Shown here one piece after another: positions 10,454-22,133 of a stretch of 49,467 nucleotides of DNA. Origin of the DNA: Octopus bimaculoides (lineage: Eukaryota). The notes beneath the pieces are model-generated. The model worked only from the letters and a program-made list of their open reading frames with translations, searched no databases and had not been told where the DNA came from. The position numbers and the translations under genes are program-made. Location: NCBI RefSeq assembly GCF_001194135.2, contig NC_068985.1:81693385-81742851 (forward strand), written 5' to 3'. Position 1 is the first letter of the stretch; each line of letters starts with the position of its first letter.

Positions 10454-10995
10454 CTAACTGAAACATCCAGTAATGCTTGGATATTTTACCACAAGTCACT
10501 ATGCAGTAATATGGAGATTTCAAGATGCATTAGAAACTATAAGAATAAGAAATTAGAGTTTTTGTATATTGTCATTAAAGTAGGAAATATAGTGGAATGG
10601 TGTTACTCATTTACTTGTTCATTCCCAAATCTCAGAATAAAATATGTTTTTGGTTTTGCCGTTGGATGTTACAATGAAGAGACAATCTGGGTTCCACTCT
10701 CTTTTTGAGTACCAGCATAAAGCTAACCATGTAAAAAGGCCAAATCTACCAACAACTTTCAATGATTACCCTTCATATTTACTGATTGTTAGGGCAAAAC
10801 TAAGTCTGAAAGGAAATCGATGTCTTTGAAATTCCAATCAGTAGGCTTCAGAATTATTTTGAAAGTAAAATAATGACATCCATCAAATTTTCTTAACATA
10901 ATTGTGATATCCAGAGTATGAGGAATTATATTTTTCATAGTCAGCCATGTACCATTGCAACAATTTGGAGGGTCTATGTTACAAAGTAGCATGGT
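10454..10995 (-). mobile_element. Helitron 3' fragment (PIF1-like helicase C-terminus and 3' end)
   Basis: Minus translation gives MLLCNIDPPNCCNGTWL (cf. LRNLDPPKLCNGTRL), EFQRHRFPFRLSFALTISK (cf. RxQFPVRLAFAMTINKSQG) and NGKTKNIFYSE. It ends ...GGATGTTTCAGTTAG|T, a decayed CTAG|T terminus. Confidence 0.85.
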
Positions 10996-11162
10996 TGGTG
11001 CACCCTATTTTAACCCTTGAGTATTTAGACTGGAGATATCCTGCCCAAATATTCAGCCTCTTTTATATTCAAATCAACTAGATGCAGCCTCTCACTTCTA
11101 CCCTACAATGACAAACTAAAAACAAAACAATTACATGAGCAAAATCGAGACATCACACAATG

Positions 11163-11210
11163 AATTCAATATGTGAATAATTCAATATGTGAATAATTCA
11201 ATATGTGAAT
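11163..11210. repeat. 16-bp tandem repeat x3 (AATTCAATATGTGAAT)
   Basis: Direct reading. Confidence 0.9.
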
Positions 11211-11214
11211 AAAT

Positions 11215-11650
11215 TAGGTGCAGGAGTGGTTGTCTGGTAAGTAGCTTGCTTACGAACCACATGGTTCCAGGTTCAGTCCCACTGCGTGGCACCTTGGGCA
11301 AGTGTCTTCTACTATAGCCTCCATGCTGGAGCATCGCCTTTAGTTGAGCAAATCGATCCCAGAGCAAGTGTCTTCTACTATAGCCCCAGACTGACCAAAG
11401 CCTTGTGAGTGGATTTGGGAGACAGAAACTGAAAGAAGCCTGTCATATATGTGTGTGTGTGTGCATTTGTCCCACACCACCACTAGACAGCCAGTGATGG
11501 TGTGTTTACGTCCCTGTAACTTAGTGGTGCGGCAAAATAGACCGACAGAATAAGTACCAGACTTTAAAAATAAATACTGGAGTCGATTCATTCAATTAAA
11601 AAATTCTCCCGTGCAGTGCCACAGCATGACTGAAATAAGCAAAAGATAAA
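11215..11650 (+). mobile_element. tRNA-derived SINE family B with internal rearrangement
   Basis: Head GGTAAGTAGCTTGCTTACGAACCACATGGTTCCAGGTTCAGTCCC, core GGCACCTTGGGCAAGTGTCTTCTACTATAGCC, central (TA)/(TG) tract, 3' half ...GAATAAGTACC...ATGACTGAAATAAG. Confidence 0.88.
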
Positions 11651-12529
11651 GGACAAAAACTGAATTTTAAAACACTACTGTTTTATGAAACTGGCTTGGA
11701 ATATGGTAAATAATATTGCTGGTTTTGAAGATAATCACTTTGTAGTTTCTGAATACATGACAAACATACACACCCAGACAACTTACATTTGTATATACTG
11801 ACAGATTATGATAGGTGTTATTGAAGAAGATTTGGTCACTGCTTCTACAGGTCAGACAACCACATAATGACATTCTCATTGGCTCGGTGTAATGTAGTGA
11901 AGTAATTGAAGGAGCTTTATTAATGTTATGCTTCAAGTAGATATTATTTCAAATCTTAAGACCGCAGCCTATTCCAACCAACACTCCCCAAATTTCAATA
12001 CGAACTGTCTTGGTTTAATCCTCACCAGAATTAATTTAATCCTTCCATCTGACACAGCATGGAGGTAAGAAAGAAAGGACAATTGCTAAACAGAATGCCA
12101 GGTCTGACGTAATTCTCTCTCTCTCTCTCTGTCTTTCTTTCTCTCTGTATCAATTGCCTCAAGTTAACATACAAAACACAACCGGCGCTAGCAAGTCATA
12201 TAAACCATTGTTTCGCAATCAAGTCATCACGAATACCAAGTGCTGGAAATCCCTCATTCATTGTAAATTTGTGATGTTGTATGGAGGGGAGTGAAAATAC
12301 CAGGGGTTCTGGGTTCTCTTATTAAAATCATGTCTCACCTATTGTTTTAATAAATAACTCTTTCCTGTCTTTCAAATTATTTATATTTATCCACCAATAA
12401 CAGCTTCCTTTTCTAGATTTCTTCCATTGTTCTCTTATGTCGTTCTCCCCATTCTTTCTTTTCAATTCCACCACTAGCAGGTTTTCCTTTTGTTCTCTTA
12501 TGTCGCTCCTTAATCCCCTCACTCTTCTT

Positions 12530-13067
12530 TTTTTTTCTTCCTTACTCTCCTTTTACTCCTCTCCTATTACTCTCCTTTAATTTCTCTCCTATTACTCCCA
12601 TAAACACACAGTTTGATTCTTTTTTTTCTCCTCTTTTACCATCTTATTTGTTGTTATCATTGTTGTTATTCTTCTTGTCATTGTTGGTGTTGTTCTTTTT
12701 ATATATCTTACCATTGTCCCCTTTTCTTCCCAATAGTTTCCTCACCAAACCACCAATCCACTACCAAACCACCTAGCAGCCAGCCAGCCAGCCAGCCAGC
12801 CACCCAACCAGCCCCATCCCCCATCCCCAATCACTTCAACTTTTCTATCTTCATACCCCACCCCCACCACATTATCTTCCTTCTTTTGCACTTATTGTTC
12901 TTCATCTCCACCCTTCCATTCTCTCTCCATCTCTTGCTCTTCCTCTATTTCTCTCGCTGTCCATCTTTGTATCTATCATTTTTATCTATCATCTATCTTT
13001 TACAGCCTCTTTCTTTGCTTACCTTAATCACCTCTCACTTTCTTCTTTTTATTCCCTTACTTTCTCT

Positions 13068-13113
<46 letters not shown>

Positions 13114-13188
13114 TTTTTCATCACATTTCTCTCATCTCTAACCACCATTTACTCTCTTCTAACATTTTGCATTTAAACTTCTTTTTTC

Positions 13189-13239
<51 letters not shown>

Positions 13240-13255
13240 TTTTCTTTCATTCTTC

Positions 13256-13288
<33 letters not shown>

Positions 13289-13720
13289 GTTTTGTTTTTT
13301 ACTTTTCTTCCTATTCATTTCTCTTTCTCTCATTCATTCTCTCATTCTCCTCTCTCTCTCTCTCATTCTCCTCTCTCTCTCTCTCATTCTCCTCTCTCTC
13401 TCTTTCTCATTCTCCTCTCTCTCTCTCTCTCTCATTCTCCTCTCTCTGTCTCGTTCTCCTCTCTCTCTCTCCCCTCCCCCTCCCCCTCTCTCTTTCTCCT
13501 TGCCTATCTTTCATTTCTGAGAATTTTTTCTATACTTACATATATTTCCTTATACTTCTCCCTTTACTTCTCTCCCCCTCCCTCCCTCTCTCACTCCTTT
13601 ATCTACGTATATATCTACATCTCACACTTCCTCCCACTCTCCTTTCATCTCTTCTCCTTCTTTCCCTCTCTCTCTGTCTGTTTCTTGTTTCTATATCTCT
13701 ACTTCTGACTCTAAAGTCTT
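12530..13720. repeat. Long CT-rich low-complexity region: (CT)n, (CTTT)n, (CCAG)n and CTCTCATTCTC units
   Basis: Direct reading. Confidence 0.9.
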
Positions 13721-14394
13721 CTTGGGTTCCCAACCCTTTACTTTATTTTCTCTGATTTTTTGAATTCTTCTGATTTATCTAGCCTCAGTCTTTATCTCTT
13801 CCACTTACATTTCTCTCAATCCCTGGCCCAGATTCTTGTCAATTAATTAAAAGCCCGGAAGGCATGTTTAATTTTTATGTACTTAAAAAAAAAAAAAAAA
13901 AAAACGACAACAACAACAACAATAGAAAAATAACAATGAACAAACAATGAATACAAAAACATCAAAACAAACAAATCACAGCAAAAACAACAATAACTGC
14001 AACAACAATAACAACAGCAAAAGAACATTTTTATATTCATTTTTCTTTTTTTTTTTAAACTTTTATTGGCAGTTTAATTATAATAAATTCCTAACAAAAT
14101 AATGCTTCTAGGCTAATAGACTTTTTGTCTGTTTGTTATTGTTTCAACATCGATCCCTCCTCCCTCACTCCCCAACCTCACCCCGCTCCATATTTTTCTC
14201 TGACTGACTTCAATTCCATATTATTTGAAGCTGAAGTTTGCAGAATTTCACTATCATAAATCTAGAATATTCCCAATGAAAGATCTTCGTAGCTCTCTCA
14301 AATTGAACATATTTAAGCATAGACACCTGAGCTTCTTCAGTTATCTTCTTGCTTTGATGCTTTGGAAATGAAACCAAGCAAAATATTATTGATT

Positions 14395-15000
14395 TCAAAT
14401 TTTGGCACAAGGCCAGCAATTTCGGAGGAGGGAGTAAGTCAATTTCATCAACCCCAGTGTTCAACTGGTACTTATCTTATTGAGCCTGAAAGGATGAAAG
14501 ACAAACTCATCATCAGAGGAATTTGAACTCAGAACATAAAGACAGACGAAATGCTACTAAGCATTTTCTCCAATTTACTAATAATTCTGCCAGCTCACCA
14601 AGCATAACATCATTAATAATAATAATAATAATGATAAATGAGGATGGTGAGCTAGCAGAATCGTTAGAAAGCCAGGTAAAATGCTTTTCAGCATTTCGTC
14701 TGTCTTTACATTCTGAGTTCAAATTTCACCAGGGTTCACTTTGCCTTTCATCCTTTTGAGGTCGATGACTGAAGTACTAACCATGCACTGGGGTTGATGT
14801 AATCGACTAGCCTCTTCCCTCAAAATCTCAGGCCTTGTGCCTGTAGGAGAAAGGTTTATTAATGGTAATAATAATTCTTTCTACTTTAAGTACAAGACCA
14901 GCAATTTTGGGGCAGGGAAGGAGTGTTAGTTGATTACTTTGACCCCAGTATTTGACTGGTACTTTATTTTATCTACCATGATAAGATGAAAGGCAAAGTT
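14395..15000. mobile_element. Cluster of three SINE A copies (14395-14600 -, 14640-14870 +, 14875-15000 - fragment)
   Basis: Family A core and type-1 tails in alternating orientation. Confidence 0.82.
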
Positions 15001-15400
15001 GCTCAATATCTCCTAATGTCACAGCTTTGCGATGTTCCTCTACCCTTATTTTGAGGGGGTGACATGTTTCACCTTTGTATAACCTACCACAGCTGCAGGA
15101 GATGGAGTACATGCAGTCTTTGGTCATATTCTCTTCTATTGGTGGTTTTACTTGAAGGAGATATTTGTGAAGTGTTGTATTACTCTTGAATACTGTCCTG
15201 ATGTCATATGTGCCGCATATCTTTTGTATCTTTTCGGAGAGGCCTTTCACATAGGGTAGACAGACTGGATAGTTTATTGGTTTTATCCTCTCTTTTCTTC
15301 ATAATTGGGGTAGTTGTTGCTCAATAGATTGTTATTGAGCATGATCATTTCTTTTTTCCACTGCATCATCTATGTTTGATTACTGTACCGATCCCTGCAC
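15001..15400 (-). mobile_element. Penelope-like element fragment (RT thumb/linker and GIY-YIG endonuclease)
   Basis: VCLPYVKGLSEKIQKICGTYDIRTVFKSNTTL...CMYSISCSCGRLYKGETCHPLKIRVEEHRKAV matches the PLE linker and the GIY-YIG pattern Y.I.C.C...Y.GET...R..EH. Confidence 0.88.
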
Positions 15401-16085
15401 TTCTACATAGTACCAATTGCTACCTCAAGGATAACACCAACGTAGAAATTTTAAATTTTTATCTTTAGAGTCTGTGGATAAGAAACCTTGGGTAACTCTA
15501 TGTCCAAGATATAAAAAATTTTTTGTTATATATATATAAATGTCATTAAATGCAGCTAGGGTGTTAAGAAACACCTACATTGCTAGAAATTAGAGCTAAA
15601 CTGCTCCAATGTTGTAGCTAATGCACATGAATAAAAGACATATACACCAACAGAGACCATAATTGTCCGAAAATTGCCGATCAAGAATTCTTAATTCTTA
15701 ATACTGATTACTGATCATCTTGCTTCAGCCTGTTGCTAGGTACTTATTACGGTGACTTTATAGAGTGGTAATCATGTTGTACAAGTGTGTATCACAATAA
15801 TCCAATGACATATAAACATCTCTTTATTGTGACTTCATGTGTCATTCCACCTACTGAAAGTCCTATGACAACAGAAGAGTGGCAATGGGAGTGCACTGTA
15901 AGTCACAATTTTCCTTCATATCATCTATACTTCAAACCTTGCAACAGGACTGAATAGTCATCTGAGAGGTCATGGTGGAAAGTCAAACATGCCATGGATA
16001 ATGAGGATGCACAACGAGATGACAATCATCTGTGACGATTTACCAATTACCATTTACATATACATACATACATACATACATACAT

Positions 16086-16126
<41 letters not shown>

Positions 16127-16958
16127 NNNNNNNNNNNNNNNNNNNNNNNNNNNNNNNNNNNNNNNNNNNNNNNNNNNNNNNNNNNNNNNNNNNNNNNNNN
16201 NNNNNNNNNNNNNNNNNNNNNNNNNNNNNNNNNNNNNNNNNNNNNNNNNNNNNNNNNNNNNNNNNNNNNNNNNNNNNNNNNNNNNNNNNNNNNNNNNNNN
16301 NNNNNNNNNNNNNNNNNNNNNNNNNNNNNNNNNNNNNNNNNNNNNNNNNNNNNNNNNNNNNNNNNNNNNNNNNNNNNNNNNNNNNNNNNNNNNNNNNNNN
16401 NNNNNNNNNNNNNNNNNNNNNNNNNNNNNNNNNNNNNNNNNNNNNNNNNNNNNNNNNNNNNNNNNNNNNNNNNNNNNNNNNNNNNNNNNNNNNNNNNNNN
16501 NNNNNNNNNNNNNNNNNNNNNNNNNNNNNNNNNNNNNNNNNNNNNNNNNNNNNNNNNNNNNNNNNNNNNNNNNNNNNNNNNNNNNNNNNNNNNNNNNNNN
16601 NNNNNNNNNNNNNNNNNNNNNNNNNNNNNNNNNNNNNNNNNNNNNNNNNNNNNNNNNNNNNNNNNNNNNNNNNNNNNNNNNNNNNNNNNNNNNNNNNNNN
16701 NNNNNNNNNNNNNNNNNNNNNNNNNNNNNNNNNNNNNNNNNNNNNNNNNNNNNNNNNNNNNNNNNNNNNNNNNNNNNNNNNNNNNNNNNNNNNNNNNNNN
16801 NNNNNNNNNNNNNNNNNNNNNNNNNNNNNNNNNNNNNNNNNNNNNNNNNNNNNNNNNNNNNNNNNNNNNNNNNNNNNNNNNNNNNNNNNNNNNNNNNNNN
16901 NNNNNNNNNNNNNNNNNNNNNNNNNNNNNNNNNNNNNNNNNNNNNNNNNNNNNNNNNN
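16127..16958. other. Assembly gap
   Basis: N run. Other large gaps are at 26735-27703, 31517-32496, 33327-33859 and ~48309-48408. Confidence 1.
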
Positions 16959-16959
16959 A

Positions 16960-17170
16960 TATATACATATATGTGTGTGTGTATATGTTTGTGTGTCTGT
17001 GTTTGTCCCCCCAACATCGCTTGACAACCGATGCTGGTGTGTTTACGTCCCCGTAACTTAGCGGTTCGGCAAAAGAGACCTATAGAGTAAGTACTGGGGT
17101 CGATTTGCTTGACTAAAGGTGGTGCTCCAGCATGGCCATAGTCAAATGACTGAAACAAGTAAAAGAGTAA
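16960..17170 (+). mobile_element. SINE B, 3' half
   Basis: CATCGCTTGACAACCGATGCTGGTGTGTTTACGTCCCCGTAACTTAGCGG...GTCAAATGACTGAAACAAGTAAAAG. Confidence 0.88.
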
Positions 17171-17194
17171 AGAGTATATATATATATATTTAAT

Positions 17195-17600
17195 CATCAT
17201 CATCATCATTGTTTAATGTCTGCTTTCCATGCTGGCATGGGTTAGATGGTTTGACAGGAGCTGGCCAGGCAGAAGACTGCACCAGACTTCAGTGTCTGTT
17301 TTGGCATAGTTTTTATAGCTGGGTGCTTTTCCTTACACCAGCCACCCCATTGAGTGGACTGAGTGCTTTTTACATGACACCAGCACAGGCAAGGTCAGTT
17401 TTGGATGCTTTTTACGTGGCACCAGAAACTGGCAGAGTTACCAAGTAAATTGTAAGACAAAGATCCTTTGAGAGAGGAGAGGGAACTGGAGTAGGTTATC
17501 TTGCATCAAATGTTGAAAGGTTAGAGTGTGACAGAGAGACAGAAACAGGGGTTTTGCCGTAGAGGAGGTACATGATTACCCAGCCTGAGAGAAAGGGAGA
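17195..17600 (-). mobile_element. RTE-like retroelement 3' tail (family C) ending in (ATG)n
   Basis: CATCATCATTGTTTAATGTCTGCTTTCCATGCTGGCATGGGTT is the reverse complement of the tail. Related copies at 17710-17815 (+), 22920-23160, 28255-28370, 35540-35700, 37040-37240, 42105-42250 and 44225-44450. The RTE assignment is from memory. Confidence 0.65.
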
Positions 17601-17612
17601 GAAATATGTGCA

Positions 17613-17656
<44 letters not shown>

Positions 17657-17662
17657 TGTGTG

Positions 17663-17698
<36 letters not shown>

Positions 17699-18439
17699 NN
17701 NNNNNNNNGATTGGAACCTGGTGCAGCTCCCCAGCTTACCAGTTTTCAGTCAAACCGTCCAACCCATGCCAGCATGGAAAATGGATGTTAAATGGCTATG
17801 ATGATGCGGATGAAATATGGTAAGTGAAAGTATACAAAAAACCATAATAAAAATATACTCATTGTTATTTGACCAGAAACTGTTGCTACTCATTGCTGCT
17901 TATTGAGTAAGAGATAGAGAGTTATTATTATAAGATTAGGGAGAGAGTTACTGTTCTTTTCAGGGGGAGAGAACTGCTTTTAAGTTTATATATATATATG
18001 ACGACGACGACGACGATATATATATATAAATTCCTTTATTTTGTGAAATCTTATTTCTAAGTGAAAAGTGGAAAAGAGCATATGACATTCCTATATTTCC
18101 ATATAATTCATTCATTAGATATTACAGTAATTGTGAAGAATACCATTTCACCCTTGTTGTGGGCTCTTCAGCACTACAAAACTTGAGATCTTAAAATTAG
18201 TTAGCCTATAGCCATTTAAAATTAATACAATTGATTTTTTCCTTTTCTTTTTCTGTTTTAACAGTGGAAAAAAGAAGAGAAGAGATAGATATGGGGAGAT
18301 AGGGAGAGAGAGATGGAGAGGAAGACAGAGATGGATGTGGAGAGGGAGGGAGTGAGAGGAAGAAGGAAGGCACAAGAACAGCATCTTTGAGAGGGGAGGA
18401 TCAGTTGATATCCTTACCATCATTACTTGACAAGTACTC

Positions 18440-18545
18440 TATTTTATCAGCCCTGAAAGAATTTGAACTCAGAATATAAAGAGTTTTAAGAAATACCACA
18501 AGGCATTTTTACAATGCACTAATGGCTCTGCTAGCTTGCTACCTT
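18440..18545 (-). mobile_element. SINE A fragment
   Basis: GAATTTGAACTCAGAATATAAAG...AATACCACAAGGCATTTT. Confidence 0.7.
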
Positions 18546-18791
18546 AATAATTATAATCATAATTATAATGGATGAAAGAAAGCAAGAAAGAGAAGAAGGA
18601 AAGAGGAAGAATATAAGATGCAATGGAGGAAAGTTAGTTGTGTCTAAAATTTCATCCTTGAAGTTGTTTTCCAACTGACATAATATCAGATTATATCCAA
18701 TGATGATTTAAAGAAAAACAACACAACATACTCCGGTTATGTTCCCCTTCTTTATTTCTTTATGATTAATGCATTATCATTATCATTATCA

Positions 18792-18845
<54 letters not shown>

Positions 18846-18957
18846 GTATTAGTATTATTTTAACATCAATATTTTATTTTTGCTATTTTTTAAGTGGGGA
18901 GGAGGTACTGGGTTCTTTTTTTTTTGCCTTGCAGTTAAGGTCTGGAAAATAACAACA

Positions 18958-18999
<42 letters not shown>

Positions 19000-19056
19000 G
19001 TGATGATAATGATGATGATAATAATAATAATGATAATAATAATAATAATAATAATA

Positions 19057-19124
<68 letters not shown>

Positions 19125-19125
19125 G
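18958..19125. repeat. Compound (ATG)n-(AAT)n-(ATT)n microsatellite with strand switch
   Basis: Direct reading; the inversion centre is ~19057. Confidence 0.95.
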
Positions 19126-19879
19126 TGAAGAAGGAGAAGAAGAAAAGAAAGAAAAATATTAGACTGCCTTAATATGTATTTGTGTTTGTTTATCTGATTG
19201 TTTACTTTTTTCCTTTTTTTCTCTGCTTTTTGCTTTTTTTTTTTTTTCTCTGACCAATATTTTAATAAGAAAATTAGAGATTTTACTCATGAATGAAATC
19301 ATGGCTATGTGACTGAGGTGTTTGTTTCATAACTTTTTTGGTTTCAAGTTTGCTGTCACACTGTGCAGCACTTTAAGGAAATGCCTTTTTACCATATCCA
19401 GAGAAATTTGATTAACTGAAAACTGAGAGGAAGACCACTATATACTACTAGACTGTCCACCATATAAGTCAAACTTTACAAATTGAAATTTACAGCCAAA
19501 ATGATTAAGTACCACGATGACTTCAGTGAGCCAAATATTCCATGTGAAATACAGCAGGATTTGGAAAGCAAGTAATAATGTTTGAATGCTTGCACTACAT
19601 GTTTACACTATGTACTATGTTAGCTTGTATACTGGAGATTACACTATATGTATGTGACTATATATGTGACTCTGTAAATTGGTGTATTAAACAACGTACG
19701 TACATTATGTTGCTTAGTTAAATTCTTTTATGCTAAAAGAAGACTTAGCCTTTTGATAAATAGATCTTGTTAAAATAAGAAATGGACTAAATACTGGAGT
19801 CAATATAATTTTCTAAAACACTTGACCATATTGCTCAAGGATGGCATAACTGAAACTATTAAAAGAATTACATAATTAT

Positions 19880-19917
19880 CACAATTATCATTGCTGCTAC
19901 TGCTGCTGCTGCTGCTG

Positions 19918-19958
<41 letters not shown>

Positions 19959-19983
19959 GCTGTTGCTGCTGCTGCTGCTGCTG

Positions 19984-20052
<69 letters not shown>

Positions 20053-20110
20053 CTTCTGCTACCTCTGCCATCACCACCATCACCATCATGGCTACTATTG
20101 CTGTTGCTGC
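19880..20110. repeat. Alternating (CTG)n/(CTA)n blocks
   Basis: Direct reading; source of the poly-L, poly-S and poly-A ORFs. Confidence 0.95.
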
Positions 20111-20269
20111 TACCACATAATATTATGCCCATTGTACCAACTAAACAAATTGACATCATGCAGAACAAGTGAAAAAGTCTTTGAGGACGTTACTTCCATC
20201 TCCATTTTTTTTTATTTTGGTCTTCTCATCTATTATTGATGCTCATATATTTCATTCAGATCATTGTTT

Positions 20270-21510
20270 TATTAGGTCGTGAAGTATGAAATTTGTTGTA
20301 AGGTATATGGTAAACTTTGACAGCTGGTCATTTTGTGCCATTACTATATTTTGACAATCTTTATTTTTTTGTTAGAAAGATGACACATCTATTTCTTTAT
20401 TCTAACTCATTTTTATGCTTTTTAAAGTATTTATAAGTCGTTTTTTGTTAGTTTTGTTTAGAGTCGGAAATTCATACAGTTTTGGAATATGAGTTCTTTC
20501 TTGGAAATACAGCTTCACAGACAGCTCTGAATATTAATGGAGTATTTCATTCTAATGTTATTACACAGTAGACAATATCAAATTGGTTTGCAAAATTTCA
20601 TTCTGGTAACTTTGGCCTCACAAATGAGCAATGTGCTCAACCAAAAACAAAGATGGATAATGACGAACTGAAAGCTGCTATCGAATCAGATCCATCTCAA
20701 AGTGCTCGTGAATTATCATCGTTGTTTGGTGTTAGCAAGCAAGCAGCATTGACTCACCTAGTTCAAATCGATAAAGTGGTAAAGTTGAATAAGTGGAATC
20801 CACATGAACTCAATGAAAATCAGAAAAAGCAACGTTTGGAAGCCTGCATTATGCTACTTTCGTGTCAGAAAAAGGAATAATTTTTGAATCGGATTGTAAC
20901 ATGTGATGAGAAATGGATCCGATAGAGCAACCGTAAATGTTCAGCACAATGGTTGGATGAAGACTAGCTACCAAAACACAGTCCAAAAAGCAAAATTCAT
21001 CAAAAGCTGATGGTGTGTGTTTGGTGGTCTGGTGCAGGTGTGGTCCATTATGATTTCATTAAACCTGGCTCATCAATTCTGAAACTTACAGAAAAACAGC
21101 CTAGATTAGTCAACAGATCCACTCCTATTTTATTGCAAGACAACGCCAGACCACACATTGGGAAAATGACATTGAAGAAACTACAGGAGTTGGAGNNNNN
21201 NNNNNACAACGCCAGACCACACATTGGGAAAATGACATTGAAGAAACTACAGGAGTTGGAGTTGGAAGTTCTCCATCATCCACCATACTCACCTGATTTT
21301 GTCCCCACTGGCTACTGTTTCTTCTAGAATTTGGATAACTTTTTGATAGGAAAAAAATTTAATTCCAACGATGCTGTAAAACAGGCCTTCCAAGATTTTA
21401 GTAGCATCTTGGGCAAATGTTTTCTCTTATTGCTTTGGATCAATGAAAGTCTTCTAAGTGAATTAGACTGACAGAAATTATATGAAACCCCGTCATATAT
21501 GTTAGTGTGT
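20270..21510 (+). mobile_element. Near-full-length decayed mariner transposon
   Basis: Translation gives NWFAKFHSGNF, KWNPHELNENQK, RIVTCDEKWI, MVCVWWSGAGVVHY, LLQDNARPH and HPPYSPDFVPTGY. Has in-frame stops and an internal deletion; termini are degenerate. Confidence 0.92.
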
Positions 21511-21752
21511 ATGTGTGTGTGTGTAATGTACCCACATATATATATGTGTGTGCTCGCATTTGTATTTGTCTCACACACTTTAGAATATTTATTTCAAAAG
21601 AGTCAAGGATTTGTAGTATTGTTAGCTTGTTGGATAAAAATACTTTGTGACATTTATTTCAAATTTCACCTTTCTGGGTTCAAATCACTCTGAAATCAAC
21701 TTTGCCTTTTATACTTTCAGATTTGGCAAAAAAGAAAATAATAATAATAATA

Positions 21753-21970
21753 CGAGGTGATGCTGAAAAGTTCCTGGCTTTGGATAAAATAAGATAGAGA
21801 AGCATCAGTTAATTACGATTTTATTCAACATATTCCCATCTCAGATTCACACACTTATTGCAGTGGTCCTTCAGTTTTTTCTAAGCCCCGTAAAAGAACT
21901 TAGAAGGTTAGACCTCTGACCAGAACTTTCATGGTACCCTTAAAGCTAAGAACTTTTCAGTACCCCCTTG
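21753..21970. mobile_element. Mariner-type MITE (218 bp) with ~29-bp TIRs and TA TSD
   Basis: TA|CGAGGTGATGCTGAAAAGTTCCTGGCTTT ... AAAGCTAAGAACTTTTCAGTACCCCCTTG|TA. Confidence 0.85.
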
Positions 21971-22133
21971 TACACTACCAAATATATTAAAGGCTTATAA
22001 ATCAGTATTGAGGCCCAGAAATGCATTTAATATGTAAAACTGGTGTGTTTAATTGTGTTACACTCTAAAGTTAGTGGATATTTAAGCAATGAGTTCGTAG
22101 ATGGTTAATGTACCAGTGAAGTACAGTAGTTAC

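Noticed and set aside
12613-13708. Hydrophobic 117-187 aa ORFs
   Set aside because: CT-rich low-complexity sequence translates to F/L/S without stops.
15729-15897. Plus-strand exon candidate ending CACT|GTAAGT
   Set aside because: The open frame has no good acceptor and the peptide is unrecognised; GTAAGT is expected by chance.
19800-20172. Poly-S/L/A ORFs
   Set aside because: (CTG)/(CTA) arrays lack stops in most frames by composition.
21140-21261. 56-bp duplication in the mariner
   Set aside because: Identical copies either side of a 10-N gap indicate a contig-overlap artefact.
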